Positions 27,258 to 36,659 of a DNA stretch of 56,221 bases are shown in pieces. Numbering within the stretch: position 1 is the stretch's first letter; every line of letters begins with the position of its first letter. Position numbers and translations under genes: made by a program. The stretch is taken from contig CAYLVM010000005.1 of the NCBI GenBank assembly GCA_964387145.1, positions 1 to 56,221 of the forward strand, in the 5' to 3' direction. This DNA is from an uncultured Acidimicrobiaceae bacterium (GTDB lineage: Bacteria > Actinomycetota > Acidimicrobiia > Spongiisociales > UBA5794). The notes beneath the pieces were generated by a model. It saw nothing but the letters and a program-made list of their open reading frames with translations. It searched no databases and had not been told where the DNA came from.

Positions 27258-27964
27258 TCGACAAGACCGTCCCCGGGTGTGCCGCCGCTGTTGGCGACGT
27301 CTTCGACGGAGCAACCGTGATGATCGGTGGCTTTGGAGAAGCAGGGAGCCCGATCGAACTCATCCACGCACTCATCGATCAGGGTGCAGGCGAACTCACC
27401 GTCGTCAACAACAACACGGGAAGTGGAGAAGTCGGGCTCGCGGCGTTGATCAAGGCAGGGCGCGTATCCAAGATGATCTGCTCGTACCCGCGAACGGTGA
27501 ACTCAACCGTCTTCCCTGAGCTGTACCGCAGCGGCCGCACGGAACTCGAGCTCGTGCCCCAGGGAACCCTTGCCGAGCGGATACGTGCCGGTGGTGCCGG
27601 GATCCCTGCGTTCTACACACCAACATCCGTCGGGACACCGCTCGAGGAGGGCAAGGAACGCCGATCGTTCGCGGGGAGGGAGTACGTGCTCGAACACGGT
27701 CTCACCGCAGATTTCGCGTTGATCAAGTGCCAGGTTGCCGACCGATACGGCAACCTCGTCTACAACAAGACAGCGCGCAACTTCGGTCCCATCATGGCGA
27801 CCGCAGCCGATACCACGATCGTTCAAGCCACCGAGATCGTCGAACCAGGAGGTATCGATCCCGAGTCGGTGGTCACTCCGGGGATCTTCGTCGACGCGGT
27901 CGTCCTGGTCCCGCATCCCACCTACGAATCCGAACTCGTCGCAAAGGGAGTGTCGTACCCGTGA
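27254..27964 (+). CDS. pcaI: 3-oxoacid CoA-transferase subunit A, PcaI-type
   Basis: MIDK, DGATVMIGGFG, NNNTGSGEVGLAALI, ELVPQGTLAERIRAGGAGI, GNLVYNKTARNFGPIMA, VVTPGIFV. Close to the remembered PcaI sequence. GTGA overlap with the upstream gene. Confidence 0.85.
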   Translation: MIDKTVPGCAAAVGDVFDGATVMIGGFGEAGSPIELIHALIDQGAGELTVVNNNTGSGEVGLAALIKAGRVSKMICSYPRTVNSTVFPELYRSGRTELELVPQGTLAERIRAGGAGIPAFYTPTSVGTPLEEGKERRSFAGREYVLEHGLTADFALIKCQVADRYGNLVYNKTARNFGPIMATAADTTIVQATEIVEPGGIDPESVVTPGIFVDAVVLVPHPTYESELVAKGVSYP

Positions 27965-28650
27965 GCAGCCGAACCACGATCGTTGGATGGACGCGGGATG
28001 AGATGGCTGAACGCGCAGCACGCGACATCCCAGACGGTTCCTATGTGAACCTTGGTATCGGCATCCCCGAGCTCGTCGCTACACACGTACCTGCCGGCAG
28101 GGAGGTCATCTATCACACCGAGAACGGGCTGCTCGGGATGGGGCCGTCCCCCGAGGACGGGATGGGTGATCCAGAGTTGATCAACGCGGGTAAGCGACAG
28201 GTCACAGCGTTGCCGGGAGCAGCGTTCTTCCACCACGCAGATAGTTTTGCGATGATCCGCGGCGGACACATCGACCTCTGCGTTCTCGGCGCCCTGCAGG
28301 TCTCTCAGTACGGCGATCTCGCCAACTGGTCCACCGGCGCCCCGGACGCCATTCCTGCCGTCGGCGGGGCCATGGACCTCGTAGCGGGGGTCAAGACGAT
28401 CCACGTCATCACGCAGCACACGACGAGGGACGGCCAGCCGAAACTCGTGCGTTCGTGTACGTTCCCACTGACAGGACCCGCTGTGGTCGACCGGATCTAT
28501 ACCGATCTCGCCGTGATCGACGTCGCACCGGATGGATTCGTGCTCGTCGAACTCGCACCCGGTGTCGACCTCGACTACGTGCGAGAGCGGACAGGTGCAC
28601 CGCTCATTGCGATCGATGACAGCGAGGAAGGGATTGAGAGCGATGGGTGA
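27961..28650 (+). CDS. pcaJ: 3-oxoacid CoA-transferase subunit B, PcaJ-type
   Basis: YVNLGIGIP, catalytic Glu in HTENGLLGMGP, AFFHHADSFAMIRGGH, GDLANW, AVGGAMDL, FPLTG. Confidence 0.85.
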   Translation: MSSRTTIVGWTRDEMAERAARDIPDGSYVNLGIGIPELVATHVPAGREVIYHTENGLLGMGPSPEDGMGDPELINAGKRQVTALPGAAFFHHADSFAMIRGGHIDLCVLGALQVSQYGDLANWSTGAPDAIPAVGGAMDLVAGVKTIHVITQHTTRDGQPKLVRSCTFPLTGPAVVDRIYTDLAVIDVAPDGFVLVELAPGVDLDYVRERTGAPLIAIDDSEEGIESDG

Positions 28651-29962
28651 AGGAACGACGCAGTCCAAGAGTGCTGCGCTCTACGAACGTGCGCTTCGAG
28701 TCCTGCCGGGTGGGGTGAGTCGCAACACGGTGCTGCGAAAGCCGCACCCCCTCTACGTCGATCATGGGTCCGGATTCCGGGTGACCGACATCGAAGGGGT
28801 CGAACGTATCGACTTCGCGAACAACATGGCGTCGTTGATCCATGGACACGCCCATCCGGCGATCATCGATGCCGTCACCGAACAGATGTCCAAGGGAACT
28901 GCGTTCACTCTCGCTACCGAGGTGGAAATCCGCTACGCCGAACATCTCACCCAACGCAACGATGGATTCGAGAAGATCCGCTTCGTCAACTCGGGAACGG
29001 AGGCCGTGATGGCGTCCGTCAAGGCGTCTCGTGCGTTCACCGGCCGGTCCAAGATCGCGAAAGTCGAAGGGGCCTACCACGGTGTCTACGACTACGCCGA
29101 AATCAGCCAGACATCGAGCCCTGCAAACTGGGGAAACGCATCGGAGCCGGTCGGCGTACCGGTCGCCTACGGCACACCAAGCGCCGTGCTCGCCGACGTC
29201 GTCGTCATCCCGTTCAACGACCCGCAGCGTGCCGTAGCGATCCTCGACGAGCATCGGGGTGAGCTGGCATGTGTCCTGATCGACCTCATGCCACACCGTG
29301 TCGGCCTGTCTCCGGCGGAACCTGCGTTCGTGACGGCCCTGCGGGAGTGGACCGAGGCGGATGGATCGCTGCTCGTGTTCGACGAGGTCATCACGTTCCG
29401 TTCCGAGTACGGCGGAGCCCAGACCTGGTATGCCGAGCGACCGGATCTCACGGCCATGGGCAAGGTCATCGGCGGGGGCTTCCCGGCCGGGGCCATCGCC
29501 GGTCGTAGCGACGTGATGAACGTCATGGATCCCCTTGCCGAGAACGTCCTGTTCCCACACTCCGGTACGTTCTCAGCGAACCCGATCACGATGACGGCCG
29601 GTCTGGTAGCCATGACACTGTTCGATGCTGATGCGGTCGAGCGGGTGAATGCGCTGGCGACTCGCGCCATCGAAGGTATCACGGAGGCGATCACAGCGAG
29701 GGGAGCCACGGCGTGTGTCACCGGTGGCGGGTCCATGTTCCGTGTGCACCTCAAGGCACAGCCGCCGAGAAACTACCGTGAGGCGTACGCCGACGCTCAA
29801 GAGACGGCCCGGCGTCTCGCCCTCGTCGAGTATCTCCTCGAACGCGGGTTCATCATGATCAACACCTGCTCGGCAACGATCTCGACACCGATGGGCAACG
29901 ACGAGATCGATGCCCTCGTCGAAGCGGTGGCGGACGGACTGGAACGTTACGCAACGACGTAG
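28643..29962 (+). CDS. Class III PLP aminotransferase, HemL/beta-transaminase subgroup
   Basis: LPGGVSRNT, IRFVNSGTEA, YHG, FDEVITFR, PDLTAMGKVIGGG (PLP Lys), HSGTFSANP. Confidence 0.9.
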   Translation: MGEGTTQSKSAALYERALRVLPGGVSRNTVLRKPHPLYVDHGSGFRVTDIEGVERIDFANNMASLIHGHAHPAIIDAVTEQMSKGTAFTLATEVEIRYAEHLTQRNDGFEKIRFVNSGTEAVMASVKASRAFTGRSKIAKVEGAYHGVYDYAEISQTSSPANWGNASEPVGVPVAYGTPSAVLADVVVIPFNDPQRAVAILDEHRGELACVLIDLMPHRVGLSPAEPAFVTALREWTEADGSLLVFDEVITFRSEYGGAQTWYAERPDLTAMGKVIGGGFPAGAIAGRSDVMNVMDPLAENVLFPHSGTFSANPITMTAGLVAMTLFDADAVERVNALATRAIEGITEAITARGATACVTGGGSMFRVHLKAQPPRNYREAYADAQETARRLALVEYLLERGFIMINTCSATISTPMGNDEIDALVEAVADGLERYATT

Positions 29963-30002
29963 GCACGTCAGGGGACCGGTCCGGGGCGTCTAGCCTTGCC
30001 CC

Positions 30003-30413
30003 ATGACCGACCCGACAGAGCTCATCAGGAAACTCGCAGATGTTCAGGACCGCATCCTCGCACTTCCCGACGATGCGTTCGCGCAGCGCTGGGAGCTCCG
30101 CAAGGAGCAGGATGATCTTCGCAGCCAGGCCCAAGAGTTCGCGTACGCCATGGACGAGGACAAGTTCGACGACGAGCTTCTCTCCGAACTTCGGGCACTG
30201 CGTGATCGGATGAAGGCCATCGAACGCCAGCGTATCGACCTCGTCGGTCAGGCCGGGGGAGGCTCGATGTCGGGCGAGATGGGCAACCTCGGCGGTGTCA
30301 AGATCAACCGCGGTATCGACGACGCCATGGGGCTACCTGGCATCAAGGCGCGTATCGGTGTCATCAAGGGCGTTCTCATGAACAGGGGTGTCGACATCCC
30401 ACCCGCCGACTGA
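30003..30413 (+). CDS. Hypothetical helical protein (136 aa)
   Basis: Coding-like codon pattern, coiled-coil-like N-half, TAGCCT 6 nt before the ATG. Confidence 0.7.
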   Translation: MTDPTELIRKLADVQDRILALPDDAFAQRWELRKEQDDLRSQAQEFAYAMDEDKFDDELLSELRALRDRMKAIERQRIDLVGQAGGGSMSGEMGNLGGVKINRGIDDAMGLPGIKARIGVIKGVLMNRGVDIPPAD

Positions 30414-30430
30414 CGTCTGCCGCCTCGTCT

Positions 30431-30455
30431 CGGGTACGAGCTAGCCTCGTACCCG
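30431..30455. promoter_or_regulatory. Perfect 10-bp inverted repeat overlapping the -10 of the PHP phosphatase gene
   Basis: CGGGTACGAG-ctagc-CTCGTACCCG abuts ATG 30456 and contains TAGCCT. Confidence 0.6.
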
Positions 30456-31334
30456 ATGGGCGATTATCACGTACACCTCCATCCGCACGGTCCATACACC
30501 GGCAAGGGTCCTCCCCCAGGCCAGTACCCGATCGACCACATCGAGGCGTACTTCGAGACGGCCCGGGCCAACGGCGCCGACGAGATCGGCTTCACCGAGC
30601 ACCTCTATCGGTGCGTCGAGTCTCGATCCGTGCTCGGCAGGTGGTGGGAAGCAGACCCTCGCAAGGACCTGCGCGAGTTCACGAACTCGTATGTACGCAG
30701 TGAGCGGGTGTTGTCTCTCGAACGGTACGTCCAGGCGGTAGTCGATGCCAAGGATCGGGGGCTTCCGGTCAAGTTGGGCCTCGAGGTCGACTTCTTCCCG
30801 GACACGGTCGATGCCGTCGTCGAGTTCCTTGCACCCTATCCATTCGATTTCCTCATAGCGTCGACACACTGGCTCGGCGCGTGGGGTATCGATCTTGCGG
30901 AGCAGGAGCACGAGTTCGATCGCAGGGGCCATCTCCGCTCCTACGAGGAGTACTTTGCCATGGAGACCCGTCTTGCGGCTTCCGGCCACTTCGATGTGCT
31001 TGCCCATGCCGATGTTGTCAAGAAGCGTGGCGTGAAGCTGGACGACACCCCAACCGACATGTACGAAGAACTCGCCGTGGCAGCAGCGCGTGGGGGCACC
31101 GCCGTCGAGGTGTCGACCGCAGGCCTCTTCCAGCCTGCCTGTGAGATGTACCCGGCGCGGCCACTTCTCGAGCGTTTCTACAATCACGACGTTCCGATCA
31201 CCCTCGCGTCCGATGCCCACGTTCCCCAGAACTGCGCCAGAGATCTGTCGAAGGCGATCGAGCTCGCTCGGTCGGTCGGCTACACACAGCGGATCGAGTT
31301 CACGGGGAGAAAGGGTACGCTCGTCCCCCTGTGA
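30456..31334 (+). CDS. PHP-family histidinol-phosphate phosphatase (HisJ-like)
   Basis: DYHVH, IGFTEH, GLEVDF, STHW, LAHAD, EVSTAG, ITLASDAH. Confidence 0.85.
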   Translation: MGDYHVHLHPHGPYTGKGPPPGQYPIDHIEAYFETARANGADEIGFTEHLYRCVESRSVLGRWWEADPRKDLREFTNSYVRSERVLSLERYVQAVVDAKDRGLPVKLGLEVDFFPDTVDAVVEFLAPYPFDFLIASTHWLGAWGIDLAEQEHEFDRRGHLRSYEEYFAMETRLAASGHFDVLAHADVVKKRGVKLDDTPTDMYEELAVAAARGGTAVEVSTAGLFQPACEMYPARPLLERFYNHDVPITLASDAHVPQNCARDLSKAIELARSVGYTQRIEFTGRKGTLVPL

Positions 31335-31408
31335 GGCGGGTACGGTTGCCGATGACCACCGATGGCTTCGCATGAGCCATACACTCCAACCGATTCCAAG
31401 GAAAGACC

Positions 31409-32431
31409 GTGATGTCAGGAAACGCAAGCTTCGACCTGCGAGACGCAGCGATCGTCTCGATCGCCCACGTGGACGCTCCTCAGATCGTGACCTCGAGCGA
31501 CATCGACGAACAGCTCGCCGAGACTTATGAGCGTGTCGGTGCCCAACCCGGCCTTCTCGAAAGTCTTGCGGGTATCCGTGAGCGACGCTGGTGGCCTGAA
31601 GGCCATCTCTTCACGGATGCTGCTGCAGCAGCCGGCGCCAAAGCCATAGAGGCAGCCGGCATCCGCTCCGACGACATTGGCCTTCTCATCGACACATCGG
31701 TGTGTCGAGACCGCCTCGAACCGTCATCGGCAGTCACCGTGCACAACGCACTCGACCTGCCAAGCTCATGCATGAGCTTCGACCTCTCCAATGCCTGCCT
31801 CGGTTTCGTCAACGCGCTCCAAGTTACGGGCAACATGATCGACGGAGGCCAGATCGACTACGCGTTGATCGTCGATGGCGAGGGGAGTCGTGGGCTCCAG
31901 GAGAACACGATCGCCCGCCTGGCCGGACCCGACACGACGATGGGGGACCTCTTCGCAGAGTTCGCATCCTTGACGCTTGGATCCGGCGGCGCTGCAGCCG
32001 TAGTCGGACGCCACTCAGACAACCCGGGGAGTCATCGCATCGTCGGTGGCATCGCTCGTGCCGATACGAGCCACCACGACATCTGCGTAGGCGACCTCGA
32101 GGGCATGCGGACCGATACCAAAGCCCTTCTCGACGCTGGTTTGCACGTGTCCAAGCTGGCCTGGGGTGATGCAGACGAGCGGGGATGGCTCGATGCAGAC
32201 CGCTACATCGTGCATCAGGTGTCCCAGGTACACACCGCAATGCTGAACGAACTTCTCGGTCTTGACCCAGCGAAAGTGCCGCTCACGTTCCCAACACTCG
32301 GAAATGTGGGCCCGGCATCGATCCCGATCACGCTCTCGATGGAGTCCGACTCCCTGAGTCCAGGAGACAAGGTACTCCTGATGGGGATCGGATCCGGGAT
32401 CAACGCGTCTGCCATCGAACTGATCTGGTGA
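31409..32431 (+). CDS. oleA: OleA-type thiolase-fold condensing enzyme
   Basis: GIRERRWW, RLEPS (catalytic Glu), FDLSNACLGF (Cys), ASLTLGSGG, HQVS (His), GNVGPASIP (Asn), MGIGSGIN. Confidence 0.9.
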   Translation: MMSGNASFDLRDAAIVSIAHVDAPQIVTSSDIDEQLAETYERVGAQPGLLESLAGIRERRWWPEGHLFTDAAAAAGAKAIEAAGIRSDDIGLLIDTSVCRDRLEPSSAVTVHNALDLPSSCMSFDLSNACLGFVNALQVTGNMIDGGQIDYALIVDGEGSRGLQENTIARLAGPDTTMGDLFAEFASLTLGSGGAAAVVGRHSDNPGSHRIVGGIARADTSHHDICVGDLEGMRTDTKALLDAGLHVSKLAWGDADERGWLDADRYIVHQVSQVHTAMLNELLGLDPAKVPLTFPTLGNVGPASIPITLSMESDSLSPGDKVLLMGIGSGINASAIELIW

Positions 32432-34995
32432 TCCCGGCCGCTCACCGATCGGCGAGCCTGCCACCGTCTGGCCTCGACGGACTCGACCCGACGTGGTCGC
32501 GGTTGATCACGACCCCCGCCCTCGACGGCGTCGGAAGAACCTGGCACGTGCTCGACAACCGGGTCACAGATCCATCGCTGACACTGCTCTGTGTCCATGG
32601 CAACCCCACATGGTCGTACCTGTGGCGTGACCTTCTCGCATCGGCGCCGCCGGGCGTGCGGGTCGTCGCCGTCGATCACCTCGACATGGGGTTCTCCGAG
32701 CGGACAGGAACAACGCGCCGTCTTGCACAGAGGATCGACGATCTCTGCGCGCTCACCGGTGCCCTCGAGATCGATGGCCCCGTCGTGACCGTAGCCCACG
32801 ACTGGGGAGGGCCGATCTCCCTCGGGTGGGCAGAGCGTCACGTGGACCAACTCGCCGGCGTGATCCTGATGAACACGGCAGTGCACCAACCACAGGACGT
32901 CGCTCCACCCGGCCTGATCCGGCTCGTGAGGACGCCCGGCCTCCTCGAGAAGGTCTGTGTCACCTCGCCGATGTTCGTACGTGGGGCAATGGCCCTGTCA
33001 CGTCCCCGTCCGGACAAGGACGTCAGACGCGCCTACGAGGCCCCGTACGGCAACCCGGAGGTGAGGCATGGGATCGCCGGGTTCGTAGAGGACATACCCC
33101 TCGACCCGCATCATCCGACGCGTGCAACGCTCGACGCCGTTGCGAACGGTCTCGAAGGTCTCAAGGATGTCCCGACGCTGCTGCTGTGGGGACCCTCCGA
33201 TCCGGTGTTCTCGGATCGCTACCTTCGCGATCTCGCGAAACGTCTGCCCCAGGCATCGATCCACCGGTTCATTGGAGCAAGCCACATGCTCCCCGAGGAT
33301 GTAGATGTCGCGCCCGTCGTGTACGCGTGGATCGACCGCGACACCGCTATGCCACCCATCGGTGACGGACGAACCCGAGAATCGCTTTGGGCAGCGATCG
33401 AGCGACGATCCAATGACCGAGATCCAGCGGTGGTCGACATGGGCAAGGAGGGTGCCCAACGGTACGTCACGTTCGCCGAGTTGGCCGAAGGAGTCTCGGA
33501 CCTCGCCTCCGGTCTTGCGGCCATAGGCGTCGCCCCCGGTGACCGGATCGCGTTGCTCGTGCCTCCGGGCATCGACCTGGCGCTCTGTCTCTACGGTGCG
33601 TGGAGAGCGGGTGCTGTCGTGGTGCTCGTCGACGCAGGTCTTGGCGTCCGCGGGATCGGGAGGGCACTCAAGAGCGCCAACCCCCAGTATCTCATCGGCA
33701 TCCCAAAGGCCCTGGCTGCTGCCCGCACGATGCGATGGCCCGGTGTCGGTATCTCGACGTCGACCTTGGCAGTATCTCAGGCCCGCGCTCTCGGTGTCAG
33801 GCACTCACTCGACGAGATCCGCAAGCGCGGACGAAGCCACCAGACGCCTGCCGAGGTCGGCGGTGATGCGTACGCGGCGGTTGCGTTCACATCGGGGGCC
33901 ACCGGACCGGCGAAGGGAGTCGTCTACCGACACCGCCAGCTCCAGGCGCAACGCGATGCACTTGTCGACCTTTACGACATCGTTGAGTCCGACCGGCTCG
34001 TTGCCGCGTTTGGCCCATTCGCTCTCTTTGGGCCGGGGATGGGGATCCCGTCTGTCGTCCCGCACATGGACGTGACATCGCCTGGAACGCTCACCGCCAG
34101 TTCGCTCGCAGCGGCGGTTGAAGCGATCGACGCGACCATGGTGTTCGGATCGCCGGCAGCGCTGCGCAACGTCACCGCGACGGCAAGCGACCTGTCCCAC
34201 GATGAGCGCGAGCACCTCGCACGGGTCCGACTGCTGTTGTCGGCCGGTGCACCGGTTCCCGCCGACGTACTCCATGGTGCGGTCGAGGTGATGCCGAACG
34301 CCGAGCCACATACGCCGTACGGCATGACCGAGGTCCTTCCCGTCGCCGACATCTCTCTTTCTCAGATCGATGAGGCAGGCGACGGTTCCGGTGTCTGCGT
34401 CGGACTTCCGGTCCACGGCATCGACGTCGTGATCGATCCGTTCGACCGACAGGGGGTGCCGAAGGGAGCCACGACGACCGATCCCGACGTGGTCGGGGAG
34501 GTCTGCATCAAGGCGCCGCACATGCGCGATGGTTACGACAACCTGTGGTTCGCGCAGCACGCCGCGTCTCAGCCTCCGGGCTGGCACCGAAGTGGCGACG
34601 TCGGGCACTTCGATGCCGAAGGGCGCCTATGGATCGAGGGCAGGATCGTTCACGTCATCTCCACCATGTCGGGGCCTGTTACCCCTATCGGCCTCGAGCA
34701 TGCGATCAACCGACTCGAGGGAGTTGCGCTCTCGGCCATCGTTGGAGTCGGTCCGAAGGGAACGCAGCAGGTCGTGGCAGTCATCGTTCCCGATCCCGGC
34801 ATCCGGCGATCCTCGCTCGCAGGCGAGGGGCTTGCAGACCAGGTGCGCTCGCAGGTCGGAGCCGTTGACGTCGCAGCGGTGCTCGTCGTCCGGTCGCTGC
34901 CGGTCGACAAGCGGCACAACTCCAAGATCGACCGGACGCGCGTTGCTGCCTGGGCCGAGCGCGTGCTCGCCGGTGGGCGGATGGGGAATCCATGA
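32428..34995 (+). CDS. oleBC: OleB-OleC fusion (alpha/beta hydrolase + beta-lactone synthetase)
   Basis: HGNPTWSYLWR and HDWGG (haloalkane-dehalogenase-like OleB), then FTSGATGPAKGV, TPYGMTEVLP, HRSGDVGH and LPVDKRHNSKIDR (OleC). Confidence 0.9.
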   Translation: MIPAAHRSASLPPSGLDGLDPTWSRLITTPALDGVGRTWHVLDNRVTDPSLTLLCVHGNPTWSYLWRDLLASAPPGVRVVAVDHLDMGFSERTGTTRRLAQRIDDLCALTGALEIDGPVVTVAHDWGGPISLGWAERHVDQLAGVILMNTAVHQPQDVAPPGLIRLVRTPGLLEKVCVTSPMFVRGAMALSRPRPDKDVRRAYEAPYGNPEVRHGIAGFVEDIPLDPHHPTRATLDAVANGLEGLKDVPTLLLWGPSDPVFSDRYLRDLAKRLPQASIHRFIGASHMLPEDVDVAPVVYAWIDRDTAMPPIGDGRTRESLWAAIERRSNDRDPAVVDMGKEGAQRYVTFAELAEGVSDLASGLAAIGVAPGDRIALLVPPGIDLALCLYGAWRAGAVVVLVDAGLGVRGIGRALKSANPQYLIGIPKALAAARTMRWPGVGISTSTLAVSQARALGVRHSLDEIRKRGRSHQTPAEVGGDAYAAVAFTSGATGPAKGVVYRHRQLQAQRDALVDLYDIVESDRLVAAFGPFALFGPGMGIPSVVPHMDVTSPGTLTASSLAAAVEAIDATMVFGSPAALRNVTATASDLSHDEREHLARVRLLLSAGAPVPADVLHGAVEVMPNAEPHTPYGMTEVLPVADISLSQIDEAGDGSGVCVGLPVHGIDVVIDPFDRQGVPKGATTTDPDVVGEVCIKAPHMRDGYDNLWFAQHAASQPPGWHRSGDVGHFDAEGRLWIEGRIVHVISTMSGPVTPIGLEHAINRLEGVALSAIVGVGPKGTQQVVAVIVPDPGIRRSSLAGEGLADQVRSQVGAVDVAAVLVVRSLPVDKRHNSKIDRTRVAAWAERVLAGGRMGNP

Positions 34996-35957
34996 GGGTC
35001 CTCGTGACGGGGGCAACCAGCCTCCTCGGCCGCACGGTCACCGAGCATTTGCTCGCCAGAGGTGACGATGTGACGGTGTTCCAACGCCACTCGAGCGATA
35101 TCGACACGCGTGAGATCCTCGGTGATGTCTCCGACAGTGACGTCGTTGCACGGGCGGCGGAAGGTGTCGATGCGGTCGTGCACCTTGCTGCACGGGTCGG
35201 TGTGGTCGGCGTATGGAGACAGTTCGAGAGAACGAACATCATGGGTACGACGAACGTGATCACTGCTGCGCGTAGCGCCGGTGCATCGCGATTCGTTCAC
35301 GTCTCGTCTCCAGCAGTTGCGCACGCTGGAGTGTCACTCATTGGAGCGGGCGCCGGTGCAGCCAACCCGAACAGTGCACGCGGACCGTACGCCCGCAGTA
35401 AAGCGTTCGCCGAGCATGCCGCACTCGCCGCGAACTCCTCCGAGATGTCAGTCGTGGCGGTACGCCCGCACCTCGTATGGGGACCGGGCGACACACAACT
35501 CGTGGGTCGGATCATCGAGCGAGCCAGGCAGGGGAGACTCGCGATCGTCGGTACGGGTGCATCACTCATCGACAGCACCTACGTCGACAACGCCGCTGAT
35601 GCTCTCGTCGCCGCGCTCGACCGGGCAGACACCGTTGGAGGCAGGGCCTTCGTCGTGTCGAATGGCCAACCGAGGCCGGTACGTGAACTCATCAACAGGA
35701 TCGTTCTTGCCGCAGGGTTGGAGCCGCCGAGCATCGCGGTTCCGTACCGTGTCGCACGCGGCGGCGGCCTGGTATTGGAGAAGGTATGGGACCGCACCGA
35801 GCGGACCGATGACCCCCCGATGACGAGTTTCCTCGCAGAACAGCTGGGAACCGCCCACTGGTTCGATCAGCGCGAGACCCGAGAGGCGCTCGGTTGGATT
35901 CCGTCCGTCTCCCTCGACGAGGGGTTCCGGCGGCTGGCAGCCTCCTTCGGGTCGTAG
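34992..35957 (+). CDS. oleD: OleD-type NAD(P)-dependent reductase (extended SDR)
   Basis: VLVTGATSLLG, VHLAA, HVSSP, YARSK, RPHLVWGPGD. Follows oleBC with an ATGA overlap. Confidence 0.88.
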   Translation: MRVLVTGATSLLGRTVTEHLLARGDDVTVFQRHSSDIDTREILGDVSDSDVVARAAEGVDAVVHLAARVGVVGVWRQFERTNIMGTTNVITAARSAGASRFVHVSSPAVAHAGVSLIGAGAGAANPNSARGPYARSKAFAEHAALAANSSEMSVVAVRPHLVWGPGDTQLVGRIIERARQGRLAIVGTGASLIDSTYVDNAADALVAALDRADTVGGRAFVVSNGQPRPVRELINRIVLAAGLEPPSIAVPYRVARGGGLVLEKVWDRTERTDDPPMTSFLAEQLGTAHWFDQRETREALGWIPSVSLDEGFRRLAASFGS

Positions 35958-36184
35958 GGTTGCTGGTCGTAGGCGAGCGGGAAGTCCCTCTGCCACGCGG
36001 CGATCGTCCTTGGACTCGTGTTCTTTGTGAACTCGCGTTGGGCCGCCGGGAGGGGTTGGGTGTTCAACAAGCACAATCCACGCCCGAGCGGAAGTGGAAT
36101 CCCCACGTTCGTCGATGAGATCTTTCATCCAGCCGTCGAGCACGCGGCGACCGAGGAGGCCTCCGAAGCGGGGAGAGCGGATTG

Positions 36185-36209
36185 GCCCGAGTCGGGTGAC
36201 GACTCGGGC
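36185..36209. other. GC-rich hairpin (possible terminator or processing element)
   Basis: GCCCGAGTC-gggtgac-GACTCGGGC, a perfect 9-bp stem with no U-tract. Confidence 0.4.
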
Positions 36210-36407
36210 AGTGGCAGAGGATCGGAACACCGCGACGACTGAGGATGCGCATCAGGTCTCTTCATGTCCCGGATCTCACAGATTCCTCATGCGTTGGCAC
36301 GCGGGTATGGCCGATTGCGAGATACCGTTGCGCGATTCCAGCAGTTTCACCCGGTGCCGGGACCGAACCACGGATCCCCGGGGAAAGCAATCATCAGGAG
36401 CCACGAC

Positions 36408-36659
36408 ATGACCACCTTGCAGATCACAGAGGACACGAAGGTATCGGAGATTCTCGATGAGTACGGCGACATCGCCGATGTGATGGAAGCACTCGGGATG
36501 AAGCGTGTGGGCGGACTGTCGTTTCGACGGGTCGCAACGAAGGCGATCACGGTCAAGAATGCTGCGAGGATCCATCGTGTGCCTGTCGATGAGTTGCTCG
36601 ACAAGTTGCACGCCGCCGTCGCCCAGATCGAATCTGATGAGGGCCCCCACGAAGCTTGA
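36408..36659 (+). CDS. Small DUF1858-like protein (83 aa)
   Basis: AGGAG RBS. ITEDTKVSEILDEY...ITVKNAARIHRVPVDELLDKL matches the remembered DUF1858 pattern. Confidence 0.65.
   Translation: MTTLQITEDTKVSEILDEYGDIADVMEALGMKRVGGLSFRRVATKAITVKNAARIHRVPVDELLDKLHAAVAQIESDEGPHEA

Noticed and set aside
27254-28650. Aromatic (beta-ketoadipate) degradation cluster
   Set aside because: No ring-cleavage, cycloisomerase, lactonase or pcaF genes are in the window. The pair is embedded in the aminomutase operon.
28643-29962. Annotation as hemL (glutamate-1-semialdehyde aminomutase)
   Set aside because: It lacks the NSPVR and QAGT signatures, has SRNT/HSGTF as in beta-transaminases, and has no hem neighbours.
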